Shown here in pieces: positions 17,278 through 26,882 of a DNA stretch of 42,202 nucleotides. Made by a program: the position numbers and the translations under genes. The notes beneath the pieces were generated by a model. It was not told the DNA's origin and did not search any database. It saw only the letters and a program-made list of their open reading frames with translations. This DNA comes from Kiritimatiellia bacterium. Lineage in GTDB: Bacteria > Verrucomicrobiota > Kiritimatiellia > RFP12 > UBA1067. Within the stretch, counting starts at the first letter, position 1; each line of letters starts with the position of its first letter. The stretch covers positions 1 through 42,202 of the forward strand of contig JAFXEA010000519.1 in assembly GCA_017521065.1 (NCBI GenBank). Reading direction: 5' to 3'.

Positions 17278-18936
17278 TTAGCCATTCGCCTGGGTGTAGG
17301 GGTTCTTTACGAGCGAACAAGAGTCGGATAGACGAACCAGAACCCCAGAAGCGTCCAACATTCTTTCAAGGAACTCATTCGATGCATCATTGCCATCCAG
17401 CTCCGACTTGCGCGAGACCCAATTCCGAGAAGCTACCAATCTGCCAAGATCAAAGACAAATCCATGATGAGCTTCCATCTGTTTCTTAAATGTCTCGAGC
17501 GTCATCCGTTCATTTGGTATGAGGGAAACAACGAGATACCTGAGAATCTTGTCATTTAGGGTATAGCGCATCCATCGGCCTGTTTGCGGCACAATCAATC
17601 CAATACTTTTGCCAATCTTTCTATAGAGCTTAAAACCATACGAATCCGCATCCTTATAAATGCTGGCGACTTTCTTCTCGCGTTTCTCAGGCGTAGGCTC
17701 TTTGGCTGCAATCGCCTGAACCCGTTGCCGCGTTTCATCAGTGCGAATAGCCTGCTGGATAACTTTCACAACCTCGCTGAGCGATTCGGTCGAGAATTTC
17801 TTTAGCTTTCTCTTTCTCGACATTGAATCACATAACAATATTCGATAGTCAAATCCATCATCCTCTTCGCACGGAACTTGAGAGTGTCGATAGCTCTGGG
17901 TGGCCAAAGTTCGCATCACTTGCATTGCGCACGCTATCATTAGCATGTCAGCCGTCTCCATCACGCCGATCTTGGCAGCAAGAATTCGTTTAATTTCAAC
18001 GGCGAACAGGTATCCTTCGCGCCATGATTCGCGTGGTATCCACCCGCACTTAATGCTACGGTCTTCGCCGCCAGAACTATCAGAGACGTCAGAAGTTGCG
18101 GCATCGACACCGGTATCGACAAACTGCATGACCTTTTCAAGACTACCTGTATGAGAGAAGTATTCACCCAAGAGCGCTTCAATCTCATCCCGGAGGCGCT
18201 GAGGGTTCTTTTCATCCTCGCGCAACCCAATAGGAACTCCTCGTTCCTCGCGCTCGCGAAGCCATTGTGCGACTTCATCTTGCGTCTGTGTCAACGCGTT
18301 GCATATCTGCAAGTACAGGGCTTCACCACCGCGACATAGAACGACATGTTGATCGAGGCCGAAACAATTTGGAAACTTGTCGAGCATGTCCTGCCACGAC
18401 GACAATTTCTCTCGCTTAGCTGGGATGGCCTTCCAAATCACCTCCGCGCACAATGCCGTTTTACAAAAAGGGTAGAATGTTTGTGCGCACCATGTTCTTT
18501 TCGAGCCGGTACCCCAAAACCCCAGAAACAAACTACTCAATGTCTGCAAGAAATCTCGCTTGTCATTTTCGTCATCCAAATCGAGTTTGGACCCAAGCAG
18601 TTGAAGCAATTCGTCTCCATGCTGCCTGTGAATCGGATGCCTAGTGGCAAGCGGAGAAGAACTGAGGAATGAAAACAGCTTCAGGTTAATACGGCACTTG
18701 GGGTAATACTGAAGCGCCCTAGACTGCTCGCGCCATTCAAGAAGTTCCTCATTCTTGGGCAAAAAACCACTAAATCGATCAAAGACTTTTTTATCAGAGG
18801 TGGCAACCAGAAGGAATTCTGACAAAAGGTCCATAACCTGCTGATCATCGCAAAAGCGGCGACCAAACATGCGGATGGACGGATTCGCGTCGTCTATCTC
18901 GTCCTCTTTGTAAACTTCTTTGGGAAAACTAATCAT
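17278..18936 (-). CDS. dptG: DptG/DndG-like protein (552 aa); assigned by position and size only
   Basis: ATG 18936 with a GGAGGT RBS and an 8-nt overlap with the upstream gene. I see no catalytic motif by eye. It sits between the F-like and H-like genes. Confidence 0.4.
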   Translation of the reverse strand: MISFPKEVYKEDEIDDANPSIRMFGRRFCDDQQVMDLLSEFLLVATSDKKVFDRFSGFLPKNEELLEWREQSRALQYYPKCRINLKLFSFLSSSPLATRHPIHRQHGDELLQLLGSKLDLDDENDKRDFLQTLSSLFLGFWGTGSKRTWCAQTFYPFCKTALCAEVIWKAIPAKREKLSSWQDMLDKFPNCFGLDQHVVLCRGGEALYLQICNALTQTQDEVAQWLREREERGVPIGLREDEKNPQRLRDEIEALLGEYFSHTGSLEKVMQFVDTGVDAATSDVSDSSGGEDRSIKCGWIPRESWREGYLFAVEIKRILAAKIGVMETADMLMIACAMQVMRTLATQSYRHSQVPCEEDDGFDYRILLCDSMSRKRKLKKFSTESLSEVVKVIQQAIRTDETRQRVQAIAAKEPTPEKREKKVASIYKDADSYGFKLYRKIGKSIGLIVPQTGRWMRYTLNDKILRYLVVSLIPNERMTLETFKKQMEAHHGFVFDLGRLVASRNWVSRKSELDGNDASNEFLERMLDASGVLVRLSDSCSLVKNPYTQANG

Positions 18937-20689
18937 TGCTTACCTCCAGACCTTCTTCTGTGACATTCACGGAGACTGTTGAAAGCTTCCCGTTTTCCTG
19001 GTGCTTCAAAATGAGAAGTCCATCTGATTCGCGCTCGTGCAGATTATAGACGATCTGTGCCATCAGCTTCTCAAGTCGGTCTCGGTACGATAGACTTAAG
19101 CCTCTTCCAATCGCGCCTTCTTTCCGTGTAACGATGTAGTCCAAGAATGATAGATTTAATTCCAAATTGACCCCAGACAGATTCCCTATGCCTACAAGCC
19201 ACGGGGTGTTTCTTGCATCTGTCCTAATCTTGAGCTTAAAATTCTCCGAAAAACTAAACCGCCTTAAAACAAGTTGCGCACTCTGCTTGATCTCTGGACT
19301 TTTACGACGTAGCGTTATGTAGAGATCTTTTGTCTGAGAAGAACCTTCTAGGGGCAAGACCCCACAGAACTCCTCCTGGAGAACCGAAAACAGCGCTGGC
19401 AACAAAGATTTAGCCTTGAACGTTTCTGGGTGGAGCTGCCAATTCCTAAACTTAAGTATCATCGGCGAATCCAGAAACGCGACTTCAAATCTTTCATAAT
19501 CTTTCATAGCATCTACATTTTGCGCATCCGGCTCATGCAAAAAGAAGATCATTCGTCTCCAGACATGGCGTGCGTGTGCCGCCTCTTGGGGTTTCGAGAC
19601 TCTGCGGGCACGCTTTAGAACACGGGCAGCATCACCAGCAATTTCTGGGACATCCTGGAAGCACGGCATGTTCTCCGTTGAATCCCAGAACTTCCTTTCA
19701 AGTGATGGAGAGAACTGCGAATTAAGATGTTGTTCAACAAAAACGCGAATCGCTTTCATTTGACGTGCACCAGGCTCACCATTAAGCCCATCGTCGCCCC
19801 AAAAACGGTTCACAAAGAGGTAACGCTCCATTGGTCCTAGATCTCCCATTAGAGCCTTATTCTGGATTGTCGTACAGTCAAGTGCAGCCGTCAGCATGTA
19901 AGAGAAATGCGCACTGATCTGACGCATGGTCAATCGTTCCCCATATGCATATGTCCTAAAGTACAAAAGCCGGATGCGATCCAGTACGCGATTGCGGTAC
20001 TTTGCGATAAGTAATCGGTTCCGCAGAATCGGACAAGCATCCTTACAAGCACATCCAGCGCAATTAGACCATTCCGACGACTCAACCATTCTTTCCAGGA
20101 GCTTCAACCCAAGATCCACGTTGTCATATTGCGCAAGGTTATAAACGCTAAAACCAACCCCGAGCACCATCGACTGTTTCTGCGATGAATCAAGTGCTGT
20201 CAGTAAATCATTCTCAACCTCTATCATTGATTTACCAAGCCTATCAGACCGCCGTTTAAAGAAATCCAGAAGTGTACCTGTATTTGAAATGAGGAGATAA
20301 CGTTCACCCGACAGTAATTGAATGAAAATGTTTTCACGAGCAGACTCAGTGCATTCGCTCAGGTCTTTGACAACTGTAACTCGACGGCCATCAAACACTA
20401 CCGTTTCTTCTCTCTGGAGTCCATCAGGAAGAATCTTGTCTTTCTCAATCTTCTTTAGGCGCTTTAGTATTTCAATCGCAATCGTTGACTTCCCGTCTCC
20501 AGCGTGACCAGACAATATTACTGACCTCCCGTCGGCAGAGACAAGAGAATCAAATATTTCCTGCGCCCACGGGTGATCAACTTGAAGCTGGGAAAACAAT
20601 GGCTCTTTTGCCTGAGACTCAGCAAGTGCACCCTTGTTGTTTGCATCACCGGAATGCAACGTGTTCAAGTATGAAACAAATGAATTCAT
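18929..20689 (-). CDS. dptF: DptF/DndF-like P-loop protein (586 aa)
   Basis: ATG 20689 is in an ATGA overlap with the sspA-like stop. N-terminal Walker A is 'SGHAGDGKST'. A mid-protein Cys cluster reads 'CAGCACKDACP'. It is the first gene of an F-G-H-like triplet. Confidence 0.5.
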   Translation of the reverse strand: MNSFVSYLNTLHSGDANNKGALAESQAKEPLFSQLQVDHPWAQEIFDSLVSADGRSVILSGHAGDGKSTIAIEILKRLKKIEKDKILPDGLQREETVVFDGRRVTVVKDLSECTESARENIFIQLLSGERYLLISNTGTLLDFFKRRSDRLGKSMIEVENDLLTALDSSQKQSMVLGVGFSVYNLAQYDNVDLGLKLLERMVESSEWSNCAGCACKDACPILRNRLLIAKYRNRVLDRIRLLYFRTYAYGERLTMRQISAHFSYMLTAALDCTTIQNKALMGDLGPMERYLFVNRFWGDDGLNGEPGARQMKAIRVFVEQHLNSQFSPSLERKFWDSTENMPCFQDVPEIAGDAARVLKRARRVSKPQEAAHARHVWRRMIFFLHEPDAQNVDAMKDYERFEVAFLDSPMILKFRNWQLHPETFKAKSLLPALFSVLQEEFCGVLPLEGSSQTKDLYITLRRKSPEIKQSAQLVLRRFSFSENFKLKIRTDARNTPWLVGIGNLSGVNLELNLSFLDYIVTRKEGAIGRGLSLSYRDRLEKLMAQIVYNLHERESDGLLILKHQENGKLSTVSVNVTEEGLEVSND

Positions 20690-21834
20690 GAGAGTAGCTC
20701 CTTCAACCTTGATGTGGCCCTTGAAATCTCCATGATAGCATAATCAATTTCCTCCTCAGTCGTCTGCGTAGAAAGCGAAACCCGGATCGATGAAAGAGCT
20801 TCGTCGTCCGAGACACCCATCGCCTTCAGTACATCAGAGGGGGCAACCTCCTGGCTATTACAAGCCGACCCAGTGCTGATACAGAGGGTAGGCAAATTTG
20901 CTATCAACATGTCAGCAGGAATCCCGCATAGGGCAAAGTTACTCGTGTTCGGCAAACGCTCTGCCCTGTCACCATGAAACACACACGGCAGGCCCGATGC
21001 CACAAGACCTAGCTCGAAGCGCCGCAGCAATTCAGACATCTCATGGATCTTCGCATCTGACGGTAACATGCGCATAGCCGTCGCCATCCCGACAATACCA
21101 GGAACATTGACCGTCCCAGGGCGTAAACCATGCTCCTGCCCTCCGCCTTTGTACGCGAAGACAAAAGGAAACTTCATCGAACCTGACGCAATATATATGA
21201 AGCCTACACCTTTGGGACCATGTATCTTATGCGCACTAAACGACGCACTATCGACGCCAAGCTCCTGCAGATCAATTGTCATCTTTCCGAGCGCCTGAAC
21301 AGCATCGCAATGAAAATAGGCCCCATGTTCATGCGCCAACTCAACCAAGTCACTAACAGGTTGCAAGACCCCCGTCTCGTTATTTGCCAACTGAACGGAA
21401 ACAAGCCCAATGCTGTCGTCTATCAGCATGCGCGCCTTATCGACATCCACTATTCCATCAGTATTAACAGGTAGTTTCACGACATCAAACCCAAGCGGAG
21501 CAAGCGCCTCCGCAGCCTTCAATACTGACTTGTGCTCTATTGCGCTAACCGCCACCCGCTTGCGGACAGCCGGTGTACGCGCGTAAGAAGAGAAGATAAA
21601 GTTATTACCCTCAGTTGCCCCAGAAGTAAAGAATATCTGATGTGGTCTAGTCCGAACCGTCGCGGCGATATCCTCTCGGCATTGTTCAACAACACCACTC
21701 GCCTTGCGTCCAGCTTGATGAATGCTCTCAGTATTACCAAACACTTGAGACCAATAGGGCATCATCGATTCGACCACCGCCTGATAGCAGGCAGTAGTTG
21801 CATTATTATCAAGATAGACGAGACCGTTGATCAT
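20686..21834 (-). CDS. sspA: Cysteine desulfurase (NifS/IscS class V), SspA/DndA role (~382 aa)
   Basis: ATG 21834 is in an ATGA overlap with the upstream stop (the track start at 21852 is GTG). PLP-lysine motif 'SFSAHKIHGPKGVG' and catalytic Cys loop 'STGSACNS'. Confidence 0.8.
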   Translation of the reverse strand: MINGLVYLDNNATTACYQAVVESMMPYWSQVFGNTESIHQAGRKASGVVEQCREDIAATVRTRPHQIFFTSGATEGNNFIFSSYARTPAVRKRVAVSAIEHKSVLKAAEALAPLGFDVVKLPVNTDGIVDVDKARMLIDDSIGLVSVQLANNETGVLQPVSDLVELAHEHGAYFHCDAVQALGKMTIDLQELGVDSASFSAHKIHGPKGVGFIYIASGSMKFPFVFAYKGGGQEHGLRPGTVNVPGIVGMATAMRMLPSDAKIHEMSELLRRFELGLVASGLPCVFHGDRAERLPNTSNFALCGIPADMLIANLPTLCISTGSACNSQEVAPSDVLKAMGVSDDEALSSIRVSLSTQTTEEEIDYAIMEISRATSRLKELLS

Positions 21835-22631
21835 AGCTGACACATCATACACGGAGCGCCCCCCGTGTCCTCCTCTACAAACACATCCTTTAGGCCAAGG
21901 TTAGCCTGTGACTTTTTCTGAGATGCGACACGTTTGGCGTACTGGGCTTTGATCTCTGCTATACGTTCTGGGCGTGCTAGTTCTGCCAAACTTTCACCTT
22001 CCACCCACGTAAAGCGCTCACCAGTCAGTGGATCGGACTTTTCATACGCCATCGCCCTCTTGAAAAGATCTGGATGGCGCTCTAGTAACCCAACCCACTC
22101 TATCCGTTGTTGGAAAAAACAGAAGAAACATCCTGACCTAGACCGCCATTGGTAATAGGACGGGACGCCGACACCCGAGTCTTCCAGAATCTTAAACACA
22201 TCATCCTTGCGGATGTTATTCTCAACAAACGGATAAACGGCGCGGACACGTTCACTAGTCGCAATATACCCTGTGCGATAGGGCTCATCCGCACGGATTC
22301 CAACGTAGCTAATCACCCGATCATTTCCAATAAACTTCTCATACGGCTTTATCTTTAACATGCGAGTGCACCAACGTGTACGGGCATCAGGCAATACACC
22401 ATTGTAAAGGGCCAAATAATGCTTAAACGGTCTGTCAGCGTTTATCCTTGTAATTTTCTTGCCGAGGAAGAATTCAAGCTTATCGAGATATTCATATGTT
22501 TCCTGTAACTCGTCTCCTGTGTCACAGAACACATACTCCATCTCGGGAACCTTTCCCTTCATAAATACCGCCAGTGCAGAAGAATCCTTGCCGCCTGACA
22601 GTGATAAGATGTGTCTTACCTTTTCCGACAT
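21831..22631 (-). CDS. sspD: PAPS-reductase-fold PP-loop ATP pyrophosphatase, SspD-like (266 aa)
   Basis: PP-loop 'LSLSGGKDSSA'. Cys motifs 'SGCFFCFFQ' and C-terminal 'CMMC'. From memory it is short relative to DndC. It is flanked by SspC-like and SspA-like genes. Confidence 0.7.
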   Translation of the reverse strand: MSEKVRHILSLSGGKDSSALAVFMKGKVPEMEYVFCDTGDELQETYEYLDKLEFFLGKKITRINADRPFKHYLALYNGVLPDARTRWCTRMLKIKPYEKFIGNDRVISYVGIRADEPYRTGYIATSERVRAVYPFVENNIRKDDVFKILEDSGVGVPSYYQWRSRSGCFFCFFQQRIEWVGLLERHPDLFKRAMAYEKSDPLTGERFTWVEGESLAELARPERIAEIKAQYAKRVASQKKSQANLGLKDVFVEEDTGGAPCMMCQL

Positions 22632-22640
22632 TCAACACAC

Positions 22641-25600
22641 TCACTTTCCTTCAAGCTCTTCAAGGCACGCCAGCAACGCAGCTCGCATGACAGCCTTTCC
22701 ATGTTTCTTGGAGATCGCAACGATACTTGTCTTAACGGAGTCCGCAGCCTTCTGCTCGGCCTTAGAGAGACTAGTCGAAACATAAGCATACGGTCGCGCC
22801 GCCGCCATAACGCGCTCCCCCACACCTAACACATTCTTCTTAAATTCGGCAATTTGACTTGCCCCCCACTTTGAGATTGGCATCTGCTGGATGTATGAAA
22901 CAACAACATCTGCCTTCTGCCAGTCACCAGCCGTATTCACGACGTTTTGCAAGAAGGGACAGATGTCAGATCCACCGATCCGAGCGATCAAGAATGATGA
23001 CTTGTCGTAAAGGCTCTTCCATCCCTCAGGAGTCGGTTCATATCCACAAGCCTCAAGCAACTGCCGTCTACTTTCCTCTATTAGCTTCGGCAGCGCTGCC
23101 GCAAGTTCATGCATACAATTGTTGAGCCGCTTAAAGAATTCATTATAAACTAGGGCCTTCGCACTTTTTTCTCCTATCGGCTCCATTCCTAAGGATACAG
23201 GAATTGATGTGAACAATAACTTTTCTGGCGAACGAGCATCAAAGAACGCCTGTCGAAACGTCTGAGCCTGTTCGCTTACGGCGTTTGTCTCACGGGCATA
23301 TTTCGATAAAGAGTTCATCATCGTATATAGCCTACGAACAACAGGTAACACTCGAGGTTCTGTCTGCAGCCCCCCGGATAAACGTTCAACTATATCTTTT
23401 CTCACACCCGAAATCCTCATACCGGAAAGAGCAAAGAGTTCTGGCCGACGAAGTAACAACTCAAAATGTGCTTCCTGAGGTTCGGGCACAAATGTTCCCT
23501 CAGCATAGAAAGAAACCTCGTTTTTATTAACCGCATAAAAAACCGCTACAAGAATCGGTGCCAGGCCCTCCAAGACACCCAATGGCGGCTTGGCAAGTTC
23601 GTCGTATAAAGCCCGAAGTGATATCGGCTCCTTGCAATCAAATACCAGTCTTTCGAGCGTCTGCCAAGCAGGAAGCAGATGACTAGGAGAACGTCCACTA
23701 GGAGACGATAATACATACCTGCCATTCACACATCGATGCATCCCCGACATAGCCACAACAGATTCGTAGATGCTACGCTCTGGAGGGTAACCCTCAATTC
23801 CGAGGCGCGGCAAGGCAACAGAATCTGGTGAGTTTAACAAGTTGATAAGAATCCTTCGCGCAGCAGCAGCCTGCGATGAGAGGACACGCTTGTTGACCAA
23901 TTCATTTCTTACGACTGGCGCATCAGGATACAAGACATCGCAAATATCAGAGAATTGTACTGAGACATCACGCATTGTCCTAAGTGCTATGACCTCACCG
24001 TTCCAGACATACTTACACCCACCGCCGCCAAGCCGTGCCGGGCGGGGATCTAATATTCCGCTCTGATGCTGCCTAACAGCCTGCGTCGCAACAGCGAGAC
24101 GTATCGCAACCTCTCGAGACGCGATCCTGTCATCTCGCAGCTCCTTGACGTTCATCGCTACCCAGTTCAAACGACGGATCTCTAGCAACGCGTCTGTCAA
24201 ATCGGAGATCTCTCCTGGTATAGCAACCGCTAGAGAGCGATCCTTCTTGGTCGCAGCGATGGCTTCCGTCTCAAACCAATTACGCCATTTAGGGAGGTCC
24301 GTAAGGCAAACAACAAGAGTTCCGCAAGCACTTGACTTATCTGGCCTCTTCAACTTAGAAATTTGATCCGGGTCGTCTACATAAACCGTATCAAAATAGC
24401 GCATCGAGCCCTTCAAGACGGTATGGCGCTTTGCAACAATCGGCGTTGGAGGCACAAACTTTCTAAATGTCTCAGCAACAGAAAAATGCTCTCCGCGCAA
24501 TTCTGCATTAGCATTCTCACAGCATTCATCAAGATTGATGTCACTGCCATTCCAAAGCGCAAACGTCTTGTTGAACTTACGATAAACGAGAACAGACTGA
24601 GCGCGAAGCGTGGAGAGCGCCGCCCCGAGATCCTTTGGAGCCATTGCAGCAGCGACCATCTCCTCCGAAGCATGAATCGGACTCTGAAGGCCAAGCGAGG
24701 TCAAGACAGCCACTGTTTTGAGAGTCTCAACCTCAATAGGGGAAAGCGATGCTTTCGCCTGAATGGCTGCATGAGCTTCAACAAATGGATGTCCAAAAGA
24801 CCTACGGACAAGTTGCGCCTCGTAGTTTTCAAAGAAGTAATCAAAGAGATCGCACAAGCGGAATAGATCCCCATCCGGCGCATGCTTAAAGAACTCGCGC
24901 AGACCCTTAGCCTCGTTACTTGTTAAGAACGAAAAAATAGACCTCTCATTCTGTCCAAACCTCCTGAACAAAAGCGGCAATGCTGCTAATGTAATTGGAT
25001 GGAGCGGTAAAGCGCGAGTCGCATAGCTTGCAAATTCCGTAGATTTAAGACCAACAAGCGAGGCCAACTTCACTTCCTCAATTGGTCCCTTGATCAACTT
25101 TGCGCCAATAGGACTCTTTGAAAAAGGATTGCAGTCCGGGAATGCCGATGCTGCAAGGTGTATCTGTGCAGCAACAGGTTCAATGAACGCGATAGGCTCA
25201 AAACGACCCTCTATCTTGCTAAACTCGTTGCGAAGTATGGTCTCGGTCGCAGCATAATCAGCGATACTTTGATGCAGCATACCCATGAAGAAGACACGCA
25301 CCTTGGTACTTCTTGACGCTGCCTCGGCCAACTCCTGAAGTAAAAACACATCAACGCGTCCACTCTCGCGGCGAGCCTCTTCAAATATCTTGCCGAACTC
25401 ATCGAATATGAAGAACACTCCCGTATACCCCATCTTAGCAATGTGGTCAACACAGAACCTAAGAAGACGCATCGAACATTTCGTGTCTCTTGAAGCTCGT
25501 AATTCGTCTATGGCACGAGACATTTCTTCTGGCCACTTCAAGTCAACACCATCAAAAGCGTCCGCCAATAATTCGGCTACAGGTGCACAACGAGCTGTCA

Positions 25601-25949
25601 AGGTTAGGGCTAGACAACCTTTGCCCGCTTTCCTGCCCCAGACCGCCCCCCTGAATGAGTCAGCAAGAGACTTGTCTGCCTTCGCAAGCATTGTCCACGC
25701 GGCATCGTTCTTATCGCTCAGCAAATGCCAAAGAAACAATCCGAAAGACGACTTCCCCGTTCCATACGGCCCAGTCAACGTGAATGCTCTCTCGGTAATA
25801 CTCTCCACAAAAGCGGCCTGGATGCGAGCCAGCGCATTACGTACAGAAGGAGTGATGACATACCCGGCCAATCCATTCTTGATTGAACGGTCCCTCCCCA
25901 GATTCACCGATCTGAGAAACCGGCGATTCATCTCTAGTTCGTGATTCAT
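22641..25949 (-). CDS. sspC: SspC-like (DUF499-type) ATPase (1102 aa)
   Basis: ATG 25949 is in an ATGA overlap with the sspB-like stop. Walker A 'TGPYGTGKSS' (about 25745-25780) and Walker B 'VFFIFDEFG'. Confidence 0.65.
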   Translation of the reverse strand: MNHELEMNRRFLRSVNLGRDRSIKNGLAGYVITPSVRNALARIQAAFVESITERAFTLTGPYGTGKSSFGLFLWHLLSDKNDAAWTMLAKADKSLADSFRGAVWGRKAGKGCLALTLTARCAPVAELLADAFDGVDLKWPEEMSRAIDELRASRDTKCSMRLLRFCVDHIAKMGYTGVFFIFDEFGKIFEEARRESGRVDVFLLQELAEAASRSTKVRVFFMGMLHQSIADYAATETILRNEFSKIEGRFEPIAFIEPVAAQIHLAASAFPDCNPFSKSPIGAKLIKGPIEEVKLASLVGLKSTEFASYATRALPLHPITLAALPLLFRRFGQNERSIFSFLTSNEAKGLREFFKHAPDGDLFRLCDLFDYFFENYEAQLVRRSFGHPFVEAHAAIQAKASLSPIEVETLKTVAVLTSLGLQSPIHASEEMVAAAMAPKDLGAALSTLRAQSVLVYRKFNKTFALWNGSDINLDECCENANAELRGEHFSVAETFRKFVPPTPIVAKRHTVLKGSMRYFDTVYVDDPDQISKLKRPDKSSACGTLVVCLTDLPKWRNWFETEAIAATKKDRSLAVAIPGEISDLTDALLEIRRLNWVAMNVKELRDDRIASREVAIRLAVATQAVRQHQSGILDPRPARLGGGGCKYVWNGEVIALRTMRDVSVQFSDICDVLYPDAPVVRNELVNKRVLSSQAAAARRILINLLNSPDSVALPRLGIEGYPPERSIYESVVAMSGMHRCVNGRYVLSSPSGRSPSHLLPAWQTLERLVFDCKEPISLRALYDELAKPPLGVLEGLAPILVAVFYAVNKNEVSFYAEGTFVPEPQEAHFELLLRRPELFALSGMRISGVRKDIVERLSGGLQTEPRVLPVVRRLYTMMNSLSKYARETNAVSEQAQTFRQAFFDARSPEKLLFTSIPVSLGMEPIGEKSAKALVYNEFFKRLNNCMHELAAALPKLIEESRRQLLEACGYEPTPEGWKSLYDKSSFLIARIGGSDICPFLQNVVNTAGDWQKADVVVSYIQQMPISKWGASQIAEFKKNVLGVGERVMAAARPYAYVSTSLSKAEQKAADSVKTSIVAISKKHGKAVMRAALLACLEELEGK

Positions 25950-26833
25950 GCCTTAACCCCATAATAATCGTCAAGCAACTTCTGGGCAAAGACACCCCGT
26001 TTGTTGTTGCCAGAAAATTGAATTGAGTTTAAACCTGCCGTGTCGGTAAACGCAAACTTACCTCTGGTAATCCGTTCAAGTTCTTCTACTGCATCGACAA
26101 TAGCATTATCATTAAGTTTGAAGATCTGCCCCGGAGACCCAACTGCATATGTCGCATTGTAGAGGTTGATTGACGAACTGCCCTCACCCATTTGGTTTAA
26201 CAAAGCATACCCGATTAGTTCGACAGGAAGATTCTGCTTGGGACCAATGTTCATCCGAAACAAATCAGGGTCTACCGTCGGCTGAACAAGTGACAACGCG
26301 AGAAGCGGGCAATCAAAACTTTCTTCAAGATTTTTACTTTTCGTCCCTACATATGTGTGGATGAAACAGTCAATATCGCGCTCAAGCGTCTTGTCGGACA
26401 CAGACACCTTTCCTGCAAGGTACCGTTGTATAAACGCGAGCAATTCCGCCTTGGAAAACTCCGGCTTGTTAAGAGAGTTTATTGCAATGCTCAAGGCAGA
26501 CTCAGGTGCTCTCGCCACCAAATTGTAATGCAACAACCAAAGCGTAGCGTCATCTTCAAGGTACGGATCTACTCCAGCATCCTTCTCTCTGCCAAAGATG
26601 TATTCCCCAAAATTCGTTAATTGCATCGAACCTGGCTCTGGCGCTTCCTCAATCAAACCCGTTTGAGAACACCAGTACTTGATACTCTCGACCATGTTCT
26701 TTCCAACACCAAGAGCGACGATTGCATCGTCTGCAAGAAACCCTCTGGGATTCTCGCGAATCAGTGCAACGCCTTTTTCCAGCCATCCATGCCGGAACAC
26801 GAATGTCTGATGTCCTGAGAACCTATAGCTCAT
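25946..26833 (-). CDS. sspB: DUF4007 protein, SspB-like (295 aa)
   Basis: The N-terminal 'RFSGHQTFVFRHGWLEKG' matches the DUF4007 signature as I remember it (H-x-(S/T)-F...R.GWL.K). It is the first gene of the operon. Confidence 0.65.
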   Translation of the reverse strand: MSYRFSGHQTFVFRHGWLEKGVALIRENPRGFLADDAIVALGVGKNMVESIKYWCSQTGLIEEAPEPGSMQLTNFGEYIFGREKDAGVDPYLEDDATLWLLHYNLVARAPESALSIAINSLNKPEFSKAELLAFIQRYLAGKVSVSDKTLERDIDCFIHTYVGTKSKNLEESFDCPLLALSLVQPTVDPDLFRMNIGPKQNLPVELIGYALLNQMGEGSSSINLYNATYAVGSPGQIFKLNDNAIVDAVEELERITRGKFAFTDTAGLNSIQFSGNNKRGVFAQKLLDDYYGVKA

Positions 26834-26882
26834 AACTGTTTCTGCCTTTCAAGATGTTTTATTTTCACCGCTTTAAAACAAT

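Noticed and set aside
7111-25944. Numerous 60-190-aa plus-strand ORFs inside the island (for example 24363-24866 and 25390-25944)
   Set aside because: All are antisense to the long, motif-bearing, translationally coupled minus-strand genes. None has an RBS or a recognisable motif.
20686-26833. Dnd-type (DndABCDE) rather than Ssp-type modification
   Set aside because: There is no SMC-like DndD, no small DndE and no DndB-like regulator. The PP-loop enzyme is short, and DUF4007 plus DUF499-like proteins are present, which is the Ssp composition.
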